From NCBI GenBank assembly GCA_964016885.1, contig OZ024742.1, positions 128,092,001 through 128,156,000 on the forward strand: DNA of 64,000 nucleotides, read 5' to 3'. A program made the translations under genes and the position numbers. Under the pieces are notes generated by a model. The model did not search any database and was not told where the DNA came from. It worked only from the letters and a program-made list of their open reading frames with translations. Origin of the DNA: Eledone cirrhosa (taxonomy: Eukaryota). Of this stretch, positions 39,937-53,401 are shown one piece after another (positions within the stretch are counted from its first letter, which is position 1; every line of letters begins with the position of its first letter).

Positions 39937-40364
39937 GTGTGCTTTAATTCCTTTAAATCTTCATCAACTCTTCGCTCCCCACACTCATTAACACCGCACC
40001 CACCATCCAGACACACCCAAATCTCTCTTATATATAGAGTCAAGCATCACAACACAACCTTATCTCAGTTTGACAATCGCCACCAAACGAATGTTAACCA
40101 GAAAGAACTTACTAGATCTACCAACTCATTATATATTATCTCCTTATAATATATAACCAGCAATTTCTCTGTCTGTCTGTCCGACAGTGGAAACACGTGC
40201 ACGCGTGCGAATGTTTTTTGCGCACGCGTAGAGAGAGAGTGAGAGAGTGAGAGTGAAAGAAAGAGACAGACTACAAGAGGGGGATAGCGGGAGGGAGAGA
40301 GGGGGAATTGAGGAGTGCTACAGAAACATATATACATTTCTGTGTGTGTGTAATATATATATAT

Positions 40365-42090
40365 ATAATAATAATAATGAAATTATTGTGTAAAGTGCTC
40401 AGGTGCACCACAACTCGTCAATATAGTACATAGAATAATACACAAATGTCAGGGAAGTACATGTGTGTATGTGTTAGCTGTAGTGTTGGCGGATCTCGGG
40501 AAGCATGGAGGCTTTAAAGGATGCAGTGTCTCGACAGCCAATAACTGATGCAGGTAGTTTGTTCCATGCTTCAGCAACTCTGAGCGTGAAAAAATGTTTC
40601 CGAAAGTCATGGGAACTGTGCTGTTTTCTTACTTTGTGGGCATGTCCACGTGTGTTAGACACATGGAAATCAAAAAGGTACTCAGGGTTGTTGTTGGCAA
40701 CATGGTTAACAATTTTGTGGGTGTTTACCAAGTCAGTTGCCAGGCGTCGGAGCTTCAATGAATCCATGCCCAGGGAAGCAAGGCGCTCAGAGTATGGTAG
40801 ATGCCTGATGGAGGGTATTCGCTTGGTTGCACGTCTCTGAACAGTTTCCAGGCGGTCAATGTCCTGAGCAAGATAGGGGTTCCAGACTGGTGATGCAAAT
40901 TCTAAGTGTGGTCGCACCATAGCTGTATACAGCCTTAAATAGATATCTGGAGAGCGGCTGACAAAGGTCTTGCTGAGTGATGCTAAGACACCTTCGGCCT
41001 TCTTGACAATTTTAGAGACGTGCCTCGTCCAACGCAAATCGCTGCTGACCGTAATGCCCAGGTCACGTTCACAGGAAGACTTCTTGATATTAGTGCTGTG
41101 GAGAGAGTATGTGGACGCTGGGTTTTTACTCCCAAAATGCATGGTGGTGCACTTGTCCACAGCTAGCTTGAGTTGCCAGTCTGAGATCCATTGTTGCATT
41201 GTGTCCAGGTCAGACTGCAAGCAAGATCTATAGTGTTCAGGATCTGTCCTTTTTATCTCAAGGTACAGCTTGATGTCGTCTGCGTACTTTAGTACTGTGG
41301 CATTCCTTAAGTTGGCATCTATGTCATCAATATATGCCACAAACAAAAGGGGGCCAAGAACAGATCCCTGTGGTACACCAGATGACATCTCATATGGTGA
41401 GGAATGCTGTCCCAGAACCGTGACTACCTCTCTTCGACTGAGAATGAAGGACTTCAACCAGTTAAAAAGATCATCCTTCACACCCATTGCAGAGAGTTTT
41501 GCCATAAGCCTTTTGTGTGGCACAGAATTGAAGGCCTTCGCAAAGTCAAGGTAAACAACATCCACCCATGAGCCGCCATCAGTGATCCGGGTGATGTCCT
41601 CAAGAAACTCTATAAGTTGATCACAGCAGCTGGAGTTGGGGATAAATCCAAATTGCGAGGGCCGGATAAAACTGTGAGAGCTCCAGAAGTTCCAAAGTGT
41701 TTCCCTGACACAGGATTCCATCAGTTTGGCGATGCAACTAGTAAGACTGACTGGACGATAGTTCACAGGTGATGTGCGGTCACCCTTTTTGAACAGAGGA
41801 ATGACACTGGCAGTTTTCCACTGTTCTGGAGTAGCACTGTTGTTCAGACAGAATTGGAAGAAGCGTGATAACTGGTGTAGAAGGAAGTACCCACCACGTT
41901 TAAGAAGCAGGTACGTAACACCATCAAGACCAGGAGAGGCATGGTTGCGTTTATTTTTTAGGTGACGTCGCAGCATTGCAGGTGTAAATTCCATGGTTGT
42001 AATAGAGTCCGGTGACATAGGTGGTGGAGATGGCACACTCTGGTCTTCAATAGTGAAAATGCCTGCATAGCATTCAGCAATGAGCTCTGC
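40365..42090 (-). mobile_element. CR1-clade LINE, 5'-truncated, uninterrupted RT ORF (40474-42090)
   Basis: SPGLDG, NYRPVSLTS, YLDFAKAF, GVPQGSVLGP, YADD, VQRRATK, TRGH and FFTLRV..WNKLP; (ATT)n tail. Confidence 0.96.
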
Positions 42091-42109
42091 GCATACACAC
42101 ACATAAATA

Positions 42110-42210
42110 TATATATATACACACAGAAATATATATACATTTCTGTGTGTGTAATATATATACATATATATATATACACACACAGAAATATATATACATT
42201 TCTGTGTGTG

Positions 42211-42255
<45 letters not shown>

Positions 42256-43125
42256 GAAATGTATATATATTTCTGTGTGTATATATATATTACACACACA
42301 GAAATGTATATATATATATACACACATAAATATATATACATCCCTTAGCTACTGTACTGTATCTGTTGCTATCTCTTTCTCTCTCCAGCTATCCCTCTCT
42401 TTTAGTCTGTCGGTTTCTCTCACTCTCACTCTTTCTCTTTGTAACACGCTAACATTCCTCCCCACTATCGCTATGACGAATGGGGAGATGAAGGAGGAGG
42501 AGGGGGAGGAGAGAGTCACTTCGTCACTTCACCTCTGCCTTTCTTTCTCTCCCCTCTCACTCCCTCATTACGTACAGACATTAGGGCGGTGGATTGGCAG
42601 AATCTGTAGAGAGTCGGACACCGTGCTTCATAGCATGGAGTTACGTCCCTTTACGGTCTGAGTTCAAATACCGCCGAGGTTAACTTTGCCTTTCATCCTC
42701 ACGGGGTCGATAAAATAAAGTACCAGTAATGTATTGGGTAATAGCTGGCCTTGTGCCAAAAGTAGAAACAATTATTAGAAACATTGCTTCATTTTTACAT
42801 ATCTAAGCATTAGTAAAATAACTAATAATTTCAAAAGTAATTTTTCAATTCCAATTGTTATGAACAGCAAAACATTAATAATAATTTTGTTCTAAGAAAT
42901 ATATATACATTTCTGTGTGTGTAATATATATATATACACACAGAAATATATATACATTTCTGTGTGTGTAATATATATATATATACACACACAGAAATAT
43001 ATATATATACACACAGAAATATATATACATTTCTGTGTGTGTAATATATATATATATATACACACAGTAATATATATACATTTCTGTGTGTGTAATATAT
43101 ATATATATACACACACAGAAATATA
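42110..43125. repeat. self-complementary minisatellite acacagaaat(at)n-catttctgtgt in two blocks (42110-42330, 42895-43125) around a family A SINE (42583-42776)
   Basis: Repeated hairpin unit in both orientations; the same unit occurs at 40320-40350. Confidence 0.85.
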
Positions 43126-43135
43126 TGGGCATTTC

Positions 43136-43189
<54 letters not shown>

Positions 43190-43694
43190 CTTCCCTAAAA
43201 CTCAAATGTAGGTGCTACAGAAATATTACCTTCCTCTTCCTTTCTCCACTTTGGTACTACCAAGAGAAACACTGTCGCTATAGAAACATTACCTTCCCCT
43301 CTCCACTGACTTTGGTCACTGAGGCCGAGGGAATCGCTGGTTGCTATAGAGACACCTTGCACAAGCCAGAAGTAACCAGTTTGAAGCGGTTCTGACTTGA
43401 CACCATGCCAAGGACCATTTGAAGATATATTTCCATCGTTATATCATAACGTTTATGTATCATAACGTTTATATTTCTGTCACTAATCTCTTTTTCTCCT
43501 TTTTCGTTTTAACATATATTTATTTCAAAGATTTCACCGTATAGATAACATATATATTTATACATGCATAAAAGACACACCGAGAGACGGTGAACATGTG
43601 GTGCCGAAAACATTTCTCATCCAAATCTCAACAATATCAGTATATACACTAGATTTGCTAGCAGAAAACCGCCCACCGGGTGGTTTTCTGCTAG

Positions 43695-44838
43695 TCTATA
43701 TATATAAAACAGAGGATGTCTGTCTGTGTGTCTGTTTCCCTAAAACTCGAGAAGTACCCAACCGTTTTTTTTCAAACTTTACACATGTAATACTTATGGT
43801 CCTATTGAGTGTTCTGAGCAAAAAAATTTCAAATTTTCAATGCCCTAGGAATCACATTAGGCGATTTAGCGATCTCTTTCTCTTTCTCTTAGTCTTTCTC
43901 TTTTTAGATAGATACATAGATATGACGTCGCGCCTTCATAATATCTGTCTGTATGCCTGACTGTCTGCATGACGTCATTATGAGCGATCAGTGTGTGTGT
44001 GTATATATTTTCTTATGTCAGGGAACGTCTTCACGAACCAAAGTATCGTCTTCCTGTTTTCCAGATTGATTTTTTTAGTTTAAGAAGATCCCGTTAAGGT
44101 TGAAAGCAGCGATTCTTTGCTTAAACATTAATATGTTATTTTAATATAGATATTCGTGTACAGATATTTTTGCATACACAAAAACAAAATATAAACAAAC
44201 AAGGCCAAATATTACAACGGTTAGTCTTAGTGTACTTCATACTGCTTTTAGGTAGAATATCCCGTTAAGGGTGAAAGCAGCGATTCATTTTCTGCGTTCA
44301 CAGATTGATTTTTTTTAGTTTCAGAAGATCCCGTTAAGTGTGAAAGCAGTGATTCTTTGCTTAAACTTTAATCTGTTATTTTAATATATATATATATAAT
44401 TATATATTCATGGACAGATATTTTTGCATACACAATAACAAAATATAAACAAACGTATTTATTTCACGAGGCTCGATAAGGATAAATATATATCAAATAT
44501 ATAAGAACCCTAGAGCAAATATTGTTCTCATTGCTGACGAGGCAGAAGGGGATATACACGATTGGCTGAAGAAGGACGAGACTGTGTTGGTAGTACAACC
44601 AACGGCTGCTATCACACCAACAGCAGCAAAAACAACAACAATAAAGAGAGGGAACACAATTACATGCTTTTGAAAAACCTTAATGGAAAATTATTTGTCT
44701 ATTCACCCAAGGCGACTTCACTTTTTATTAGGACTTCTGCATCAATTGGTGAACATACGACGAAACTGTTTCAGAAAGGAGGGATAAACATGCCAATCTA
44801 TGTTTAGAATCCCGAGCAACGCCGGGCCATTCTGCTAG
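43695..44838 (+). mobile_element. non-autonomous Helitron (tandem copy 1)
   Basis: Starts TCTATATATATAAAAC directly after a CTAG; ends cccgagcaacgccgggccattctgCTAG. Confidence 0.88.
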
Positions 44839-45149
44839 TCTATATATCTAAAACAAAGAATGTCTGTCTGTCTGACTCCCTAAAACTCGAGAACCACCCA
44901 ACCGATTGTTTTCAAACTTTACACATGTAATACTTATGGTACTGTGAGTGTTTTGAGCAAATTTTCAATGCCCTAGGGACCGCATTAGGCGATTTAGCGA
45001 TCTCTCTCTATAATTCTTAGTCTTTCTTTTTAGATAGATACATAGATATAACGTCGCGCCCTTATAATATCTATCTGTATGCCTGACTGTCTGCATTACG
45101 AAATTATGACATCACTATATGTGTGTGTGTGTATATATGTATATATATA

Positions 45150-45189
<40 letters not shown>

Positions 45190-45256
45190 AAGGTTTAGCA
45201 AATAATGAAAAAGTTTCAAAATAAATTTTAAAAAATTGACTTTACCCACTATAGTT

Positions 45257-45340
45257 ACCTTTACCGATCGGTTTCGAATCCCAAAAATAAAACGGAGACC
45301 ATACGGCCTTCGTTGCAAAGAAAGATTCTCGTCAGAAGGT
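45257..45340 (-). ncRNA. type I hammerhead ribozyme
   Basis: acctt-CTGACGA-gaatc(..)gattc-GAAA-ccgatcgg-TA-aaggt; all core bases present, GUA site, palindromic stem III. Confidence 0.88.
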
Positions 45341-45736
45341 TCTTTTCATTCAAAGAATATAAAATTCCTGAATTTAAATCACAAACTAGCGCTATCAAAA
45401 CTGTTCCTGGGATGAGAGTGGATGAAGAAACAGGTTTATCAAGGGCCGTAGCAAAGATAGAGGCAAAAGGAGGTAGGTCAAACTAGCCACAGCTATTGCT
45501 AGCAGCAGTCAGAACGACCAATTTTGTTCTCAACGTTAGTGGAGGTAGTAGTAATAGGATACACGTTCCTTCACGCACAAGGCGCCAAGGTACGCATGTA
45601 TTGTCCAACCAAATGCCAGTGTGGTTCAATGGCGGGTTAATAAATTAACGAGCCAGAACAAATATAAACAAGGTTTAGCAAATAATGAAAAAGTTTCAAA
45701 ATAAATTTTAAAAAATTTACTTTACCCACTATAGTT

Positions 45737-45820
45737 ACCTTTACCGATCGGTTTCGAATCCCAAAAATAAAACGGAGACCATACGGCCTTCGTTGCAAAG
45801 AAAGATTCTCGTCAGAAGGT
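45737..45820 (-). ncRNA. type I hammerhead ribozyme (identical second copy)
   Basis: Same sequence 480 nt away. Confidence 0.88.
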
Positions 45821-45896
45821 TCTTTTCATTCAAAGATTTGGTTGGACAATACATGCGTACCTTGGCGCCTTGTGCGTGAAGGAACGTGTATCCTAT

Positions 45897-45937
<41 letters not shown>

Positions 45938-46115
45938 AGTGTGTAACATTTTTCGAAATATTTACTTCTGCGTTCACAGATTGATTTTTTTAGTTTCAGA
46001 AGATCCCGTTAAGGGTGAAAGCAGCAATTCTTTGCTTAAACATTAATCTGTTATGTTAATATATATATATATATATATAAAGAAGAAATTAAAAGATGGT
46101 TAAAAAAGTTCCATA

Positions 46116-46182
46116 TATTTTATTATGCGCATTTCGAAAACATCATCCTGGGACAAAAATTGTGTTCTCATCAGATAAAATA
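46116..46182 (-). ncRNA. type I hammerhead ribozyme at the PLE 3' end
   Basis: tattttat-CTGATGA-gaa(..)ttc-GAAA-tgcgca-TA-ataaaata. Confidence 0.8.
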
Positions 46183-46664
46183 AGGTGACATGATATGAGG
46201 CCTAAAACCACTTGTGAACAAGAAAGTGTCCATTCAACATATGACAAAAATATAAGAGAAGAGAAAAAAATAGGAAAAATGAAGAAAAGGAAAGAAGGAG
46301 GAAAAAGGAAAAAAGAGAGGAAAAAAGAAAGAAAGAAGGAGAGAAAGAGAAAGAGATACTTTTGATCGGGAACGCTGTCAAAAATGAAAAAACAGCTGTG
46401 AATAACGGCTAAAAAAATATTATAATAAAAATAAATAAATAAATTGATGAGGTGAATGTGCTAATATACAAATATTAGATGTCTAGAATAAAGAAACTGG
46501 GTATATTATTTAATATTGAGTTTGAATACTAAAAATTGGATTAAGAAGTGTAAAAATGTATTAATAAAATAAAAATAAAGTAAAATAAAATAAAATAAAA
46601 TTAAATTAAATAAAAATTAAATTAAAAATAATTATAATAATTATAAAAAGGTTTTTTTTTAAAT

Positions 46665-46790
46665 AAAATAAAATAAAATAAAATAAAATAAAATAAAATA
46701 AAATAAAATAAAATAAAATAAAATAAAATAAAATAAAATAAAATAAAATAAAATAAAATAAAATAAAATAAAATAAAATAAAATAAAATA
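46665..46790. repeat. (TAAAA)n microsatellite
   Basis: Direct reading. Confidence 0.95.
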
Positions 46791-48637
46791 AGATAGACTA
46801 GAATAACAAATAAAATTAAGAATAGTCTATCTATGTCAATATTAAAAATTACTATTAAAAATTTATATATGTGGGGTATAGTATTTGATTATTATTTTAG
46901 TTCAAATCCCGTCGAGGTTAACTTTGCCTTTCATCCTTACGGGGTCGATAAAATAAAGAACCAGTAATGTACTGGATAATTGCTGGCCTTGTGCCAAAAA
47001 GTAGAAACAATTATTTTATATAAACAAGTAAATAAAGGAAATTGCTAGAAAGGTTTATAAATGTAGAAAGACATATGACGTCATAGATTGTTTACAAAAT
47101 CTACGAAGGTTTGAACGAAAAAAAAATGTACGTCAATAGAGAAAAAAGGTGAAAAGCTTAATAACGCAGAGAAAAGGGATTAATACATTGTAGAATATAA
47201 TGAAATATGTGAGAAAAATGTGTGAAAAGATATATGTATAAAAATATATATGTGTAAAAAATTAACCGTTATTCGTAGAATAAGTAATAGGACATTAACT
47301 GTATACTTTGTGAAAGGTCTTAAAAGATTTATGAATGCAGAGACCAAATTTTACGTTGCAAATTTTACGCCAAGAGATTTCGTAATTAATGTTTTTGTCT
47401 TTTAAGGACCCAATAAGTTCTGAGAGTGCAGTGCTAGTCCTTTTAGGTGGATATTTAAATGTAGAAGAATGGTTATAGAGTATTGCTTTAAAAGAAGTCG
47501 AAGTAGAGCCAATGTAGGTACCAGTTACCACTTTACATTCGTAAATTAAGTTTTTATCGAAACAGAAATTACTAAGAGGACAATTAGTTCTAATAGGGCA
47601 GTTGCATTTACGATTACTATTATTAACAGAGTTATTTACCAGTGGCCCAGGATTATTTATAATAGGAACTGGAATGGTGGAATTAGCTAAAGGAGGTGCT
47701 AAAGTTTCCTGATTTACATTACTATTTGAAGCATTCACCAAAGATACATTTGACGTATTTATATTTAAGTTATCTTGCCTAGAGTTTAGATTGACGTCGG
47801 GCCTTATAGTGTTATTATTATGACTCTCAAGGTTGGATGCATATGAGTTATTATTTAATATTTTAGAATTATGTTTTGAGATAATGTTAGAAATGTTGGA
47901 AGTGGTGGAATATGAGAATTTAATGGTATGCTTATTAAAAGTTTTGCTATAAATATGTGAAGTGGGGAAGCTGTTATCTAAAGCCCTAAAAAATAATTTA
48001 GGGATATTACTAATAAGTGAAAGAGAGAAGGGAGCGTTGTACCAAAGGATTTTTTATATCTAGGTCTCCTCTTTATGTTACTGGTATGCTTATAACTAGC
48101 TACATTACTATAAGTTCTGCCAAGATTAGTTTCCTTAGTGTATTTAATTTTGTCTGGATATCCAGCCAGATAACGCATTATTATAATAGTTGGCATGTGC
48201 ATCGAAGATATGTTTATTAGAGGATAAATTAGAAATTCTTTTTTCAACACTTCTGACTATAGCCGTTTTAACATTATTAGGGTTGTTTGATTTAAAGTTA
48301 ACATAATTTAGGTTCTCATTATCCTTATGGTATGGGTAATATAGGCCGGTATCTAGATTAAGGGATATATCGAGGAAATTTGCTAATTTATCATTATTCT
48401 CAAATTCTATTTTTAGGTTAAGATGCTTAAATAGTTCAAGTATATTTTTCTTAATAATATTAAAGTTTACTTTGTTACAATTTAAGACAGTAAAAAGAAA
48501 TGCGCATAATAAAATATATGGAACTTTTTTAACCATCTTTTAATTTCTTCTTTATATATACTCCAGTTCTACCAACTGTCGAGTGCTACTTATCTGATAT
48601 GTGCATAGTTTTATTGTTCTACAATATTACTCACCTC

Positions 48638-48711
<74 letters not shown>

Positions 48712-48714
<3 letters not shown>

Positions 48715-49342
48715 AGTATGTATACGTACATACATATATGTATAGGGACGTACAGCAGTATGTATATACATACATACATGCACACATATATATATATGTA
48801 AGTATGGGTTTACCGAATATTTATTATAATGTTCGGCTTGTTTTAAACAAACAGCCCGAATTAAGCCGTACAGTGTTCGGCAACCATCGTTGCTCTTTTG
48901 TTCAACTTCCATTTATCGTTTTCGGTACGCCCGGCCGACTAACTCACTCAATATGCAAATTAGGCTGCTCAGCCGTTAATATGCATAAGGAAAGTATATA
49001 CTTTCAAACGTTCAATTGACTGACAGGAAAGTATACGGTGCTGATGACAGCTAATAAGCTAGAAACTAGTTTATCGTTCCTTTGTCAGTGTTGAACAAAA
49101 GGGCAACGATGGTTGCCGAACACTGTACGGCTTAATTCGGGCTATTTGTTTACAAACAAACCGAACATTATAATAAATGTTCGTTAAACCCATACTTACA
49201 TATATATTTGTGTGCATGTATGTATATACATACTGCTGTACGTCCGTATACATATATATGTATGTACGTATACATATTTATATTTAAGTATCAGCCGTAC
49301 TAAGAGTGAGAAATGAAATTTAAAATTTCATTTTTTCCAATT
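48712..49342 (+). mobile_element. fold-back element with ~190-bp inverted arms (48712-48906 / 49090-49280) around a hammerhead
   Basis: Arms are reverse complements with ~10% mismatches; homologous to 55351-55921 in opposite orientation. Confidence 0.8.
49035..49077 (+). ncRNA. minimal type I hammerhead ribozyme
   Basis: acggtg-CTGATGA-c-agct(aata)agct-a-GAAA-ctag-TT-tatcgt; stem I extended by actgaca/tgtcagt. Confidence 0.8.
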
Positions 49343-49616
49343 ATATATATATATATAGATATATAATTATATATTCGTGTACAGATATTTTTGCATACAC
49401 AATAACAAAATATAAACAAACGTATTTATTTCACGAGGCTAGATAAGGATAAATATATATCATATATATAAGAACCCTAGAGCAAATCCCGAGCAACGCC
49501 GGGCCATTCTGCTAGTAATATTATAAAATTAAATCAAATTGTTTAGAACTACAAGTGAAGTCATTCTTTTCCTTTTTTTCAAATATACCTAACTGTACCA
49601 AGGATTTCACACATTT

Positions 49617-49678
<62 letters not shown>

Positions 49679-49779
49679 AAATGAAGTAACGGTGTCAGGA
49701 ACTCGCGTTAGTTCCTGTAATTCATGAGCTTGGGATTCTTTTTCCTTTGAGCTCATGAATTACATGTTTTCTTCTCCTC

Positions 49780-49875
<96 letters not shown>

Positions 49876-50384
49876 AAAAGAATAGAGGTGTAACACACAA
49901 GTTATTATATATTGGTAAACGGAATAGAAAATGCTGACAAATTGTTCACAGTTGAAAAATGGTTTAATTAGGAATAAAAGAGTATTAGTGATTGTATGGG
50001 TTAGTATTCAGTTGTGGTTTTAAGTTTTTAAGTTTTTACCGGTTGCGCATTTCTAAATGCTTTTCAAAAATAATTTTGAGATAGAGTGTCCGTGCTGTTT
50101 GCTCTGATCTGATTAGTTTTGGGAATTCTACCTGTTTTTATGTTAAAAAAGTGGCTCCAGCGTTATTTTTGTGTTGCAAAAATGCTTGTGGTCAAAACAA
50201 TTTTGATTGGTCGGTAGAGGTCATGTGAATGTAAAAAGTTGATTTTGCGCCAAGACTGTTTTTATGTTAAAAAAGTGGCTCCAGCAAAAATTCTTGGTCA
50301 AAACAATTTTGATTGGTCGGTAGAGGTCATGTGGATAAAAAATTGGTTTTGCGCCAAGATTGAGAAATGACTCTTTCACAACAA

Positions 50385-50434
<50 letters not shown>

Positions 50435-50501
50435 TAGTAGTAGTAAGGTGTTCGATGCTGCGACAATGGCCAGCAGCGATGTGTCAAATGGCTATTAAGA
50501 T

Positions 50502-50550
<49 letters not shown>

Positions 50551-51045
50551 GCAGAGTAATTCGATGGTCAGTAAGAATGTGTCTGAAAGCAATGGGGGGG
50601 TATTTTAGCATGTCAAAAGATATTTTTCAGCTTTTGTCTTATACGGAGAAGTGCGTGTGTGTGTGTATAAGTCTCTTTGTATGTTGATGTACGCGTGTGT
50701 ATGTGTTTATGTATATATGTGTGTGGGTGGGGGGGACCAGTATTTTTTCCCCCTGGTAAAATGGTGTACATTATTCGATTTTTTCAGTAAAATCGGTTCT
50801 CTTAATAGAACATCAAAAATCTTAACAATAAAAGGTGTGAAATGATATTCACTATATATATATACACATACATATATTCACTACATATATATATATACAT
50901 ATATACATACATATATATGCACATATATTTTTTTGTATTGCACCATAGAGCATGTGTGTTTACGTGTGTCATTGTGTTTATATGTGGGTAGAGATGTGTG
51001 CTGATGTAGGTATGTATGTTGACGTGTGTATGTTGTGGGTTCGTC

Positions 51046-52828
51046 TTAGGGAGAAGTGTTTAGACGGGGTCCGTATTTGTTAATGAAGTAAGATTCCTTG
51101 CTGATGCGCTGGGTGTGGGTGGCATTATCTTTAAATTTGTAGAGGGGAAAGATTCTGAAGTTGGGATGATTTTGGGCGGCACAGGTATCAATGTGTTCAC
51201 TCAGTGGTATTTTCCTGTATTCCCGTATTTTAATTTGGGATCTATGGACAGTCATGCGTTGGCGGAGGCTGTTTTTGGTCTGCCCTATGTATTGTTCTCG
51301 ACAACCTGAACAAGTTAATACATATATTAGATTTTCCGATGCACATGTGAAATTGTGTTTTACTATAAAACGTTGTCCATCTTTGAAATAGAATTCCGAA
51401 CCCTCTATTAGGTTGATGCAAATGCCACAGTTGGGTCTATCGCATTTTTTTACCGTGGGTTTCGTTGTTGTGGTTGGCAGTACTTTGGCATGTGTTAAGA
51501 TGTTTTTCATTGACTTGGATTGTCTTTTGCTCTTTATGATATCGTGTGTTCGTAGAATTTGGTTCATTCTATGGTCCTTTTTCAATACAGGGATGTTCTG
51601 GAGGATGGTGTCAAAGGCCTCATTGTTGAGGGGGTTGTGTGTGGAGATGTATGGAAGAGCTTTTAGTTTTGGTTGATTTACTTTAGGGTGTCTAAGGTTC
51701 TGGGTACTGAGTTTTAGGGCACGCTGGATTCCATTGTCAATTAGTGATGCAGGGTAGTCCCTGCCTATGAGTGTGTCCTTTAGTTCTTGTAGCCGTAAGT
51801 AGCAGATGTTTTTATTGGAGACTATAGTACAGATTCTCTTGGCTAAGTTGTAGGGAATATTAATTTTAACGTGTCTAGGGTGGCAAGAGTTGAAGGGGAG
51901 ATATTGCTTGGAGTCTGTGGGCTTGTAGTATATGTCTGTTTCTATTTTTTTGTTATGGATCTTAATGAGGATGTCGAGGAAGGGGAGTTGTTGATGGCTG
52001 TATTCCATCGTGAAGTTAATATTTGTGTTGAGCCCATTTATAAGGGTGTGAAATTCTTTAAGTTTTTCGATGTTTTCGTGCCAAAGGATGAAGCAGTCAT
52101 CTAGATATCGCTTCCAGTTCCTTTCAATGTGTAAGTGGAGGGTGTTTCCAAATTTGTTTAGGACTTTAGTGTAGAGGGTGATTTCCAGGTATCCCATGAC
52201 TAGGTTGGCATAAGTAGGGGCTGTTTTCGTTCCCATAGCGGTCCCAGATTTCTGCCTGTAGGGTTTGTTATTGAAAACGAAGTAATTGTTCTCCAAGATA
52301 AATTTGAGTCCCTCTATCACGAATTCTTTTTTGATGCGTTGTGGGAGTTCATTGTGGAAATTATCCAGCCAGAATTGGATAGCTTCTATTCCTAGGTTGT
52401 GGGGGATGTTGGAGTATAGGTTGACTACATCGAACGTCACTAGTAGGGTTTGTTCAGAAAGTGGCATATTAGGGAGGTGATTGAGCATATCTAGGTCGTC
52501 CATTATATAGCTTTTGATGTGCTTGAGGAAGGGTTTGAGAAGGGTATCAATGAAGTTGCTAAGACGGTGCGTTTCGCAAGCGGGGCCTGCTATTATAGGT
52601 CTTAATTTGAGATCATTGGGTGAGGGGACATTGATGACTATGTCTGTGGCTTCCTTGCATGCCTTACTGATTGATTCGCTTTTATGTACTTTAGGGATAC
52701 CGTAGAAAAGGCTGGATTTACTTGTGAAGTCTGTGATGAAGCTGAATTCCTTGTTAATGAGTCCTTCTTTGTATTGGTTGATTAGAGTTTTTAGGTTTCT
52801 CATAATTTTCTGTTGATTGTAGTGTTCA
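51046..52828 (-). CDS. PLE reverse transcriptase plus GIY-YIG endonuclease, uninterrupted but 5'-truncated
   Basis: FYGIPKVHK, LRPIIAGP, LVTFDVVNLYSNIP, GTAMGT, KRYLDD, KCDRPNCGIC and NLIY...YIGQT...R; the first ~69 aa of the track ORF are antisense of the inverted arm. Confidence 0.93.
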
Positions 52829-53401
52829 GCCTTTGACACCATCCTCCAGAACATCCCTGTATTGAAAAAGGACCATAGAATGAACCAAATTCTACGAACA
52901 CACGATATCATAAAGAGCAAAAGACAATCCAAGTCAATGAAAAACATCTTAACACATGCCAAAGTACTGCCAACCACAACAACGAAACCCACAGTAAAAA
53001 AATGCGATAGACCCAACTGTGGCATTTGCATCAACCTAATAGAGGGTTCGGAATTCTATTTCAAAGATGGACAACGTTTTATAGTAAAACACAATTTCAC
53101 ATGTGCATCGGAAAATCTAATATATGTATTAACTTGTTCAGGTTGTCGAGAACAATACATAGGCCAGACCAAAAACAGCCTCCGCCAACGCATGACTGTC
53201 CATAGATCCCAAATTAAAATACGGGAATTCAGGAAAATACCACTGAGTGAACACATTGATACCTGTGCCGCCCAAAATCATCCCAACTTCAGAATCTTTC
53301 CCCTCTACAAATTTAAAGATAATGCCACCCACACCCAGCGCATCAGCAAGGAATCTTACTTCATTAACAAATACGGACCCCGTCTAAACACTTCTCCCTA
53401 A
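52829..53401 (+). pseudogene. inverted duplicate of the PLE linker and GIY-YIG region
   Basis: Same protein as the C-terminus of 51046-52828 except REYRK>REFRK. Confidence 0.9.

Larger units (their letters stand above)
45183..45898 (-). mobile_element. retrozyme-like element: 480-nt unit in partial tandem with two hammerheads and a short inverted 5' piece
   Basis: 45183-45356 repeated at 45663-45836 (offset exactly 480); 45836-45898 is the reverse complement of 45552-45614; (TA)n on both sides. Confidence 0.8.
46078..48555 (-). mobile_element. Penelope-like element of a second subgroup, 5'-truncated, with a short inverted terminal duplication
   Basis: ANFLDISLNL...YYPYHK, SVEKRISNLSS, CNCP....CPL...C....IY...YIGST (GIY-YIG); 46078-46135 is inverted at 48497-48555. 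Confidence 0.85.
44839..49515 (+). mobile_element. non-autonomous Helitron (tandem copy 2) split by nested insertions
   Basis: Pieces 44839-45120, 45945-46060 and 49350-49515 are colinear with copy 1; same TC start and hairpin-CTAG end. Confidence 0.82.

Noticed and set aside
52829-53034. First ~69 aa of the 662-aa PLE ORF as a novel hydrophobic N-terminal domain
   Set aside because: It is the antisense reading of the inverted arm, fused in frame by chance.
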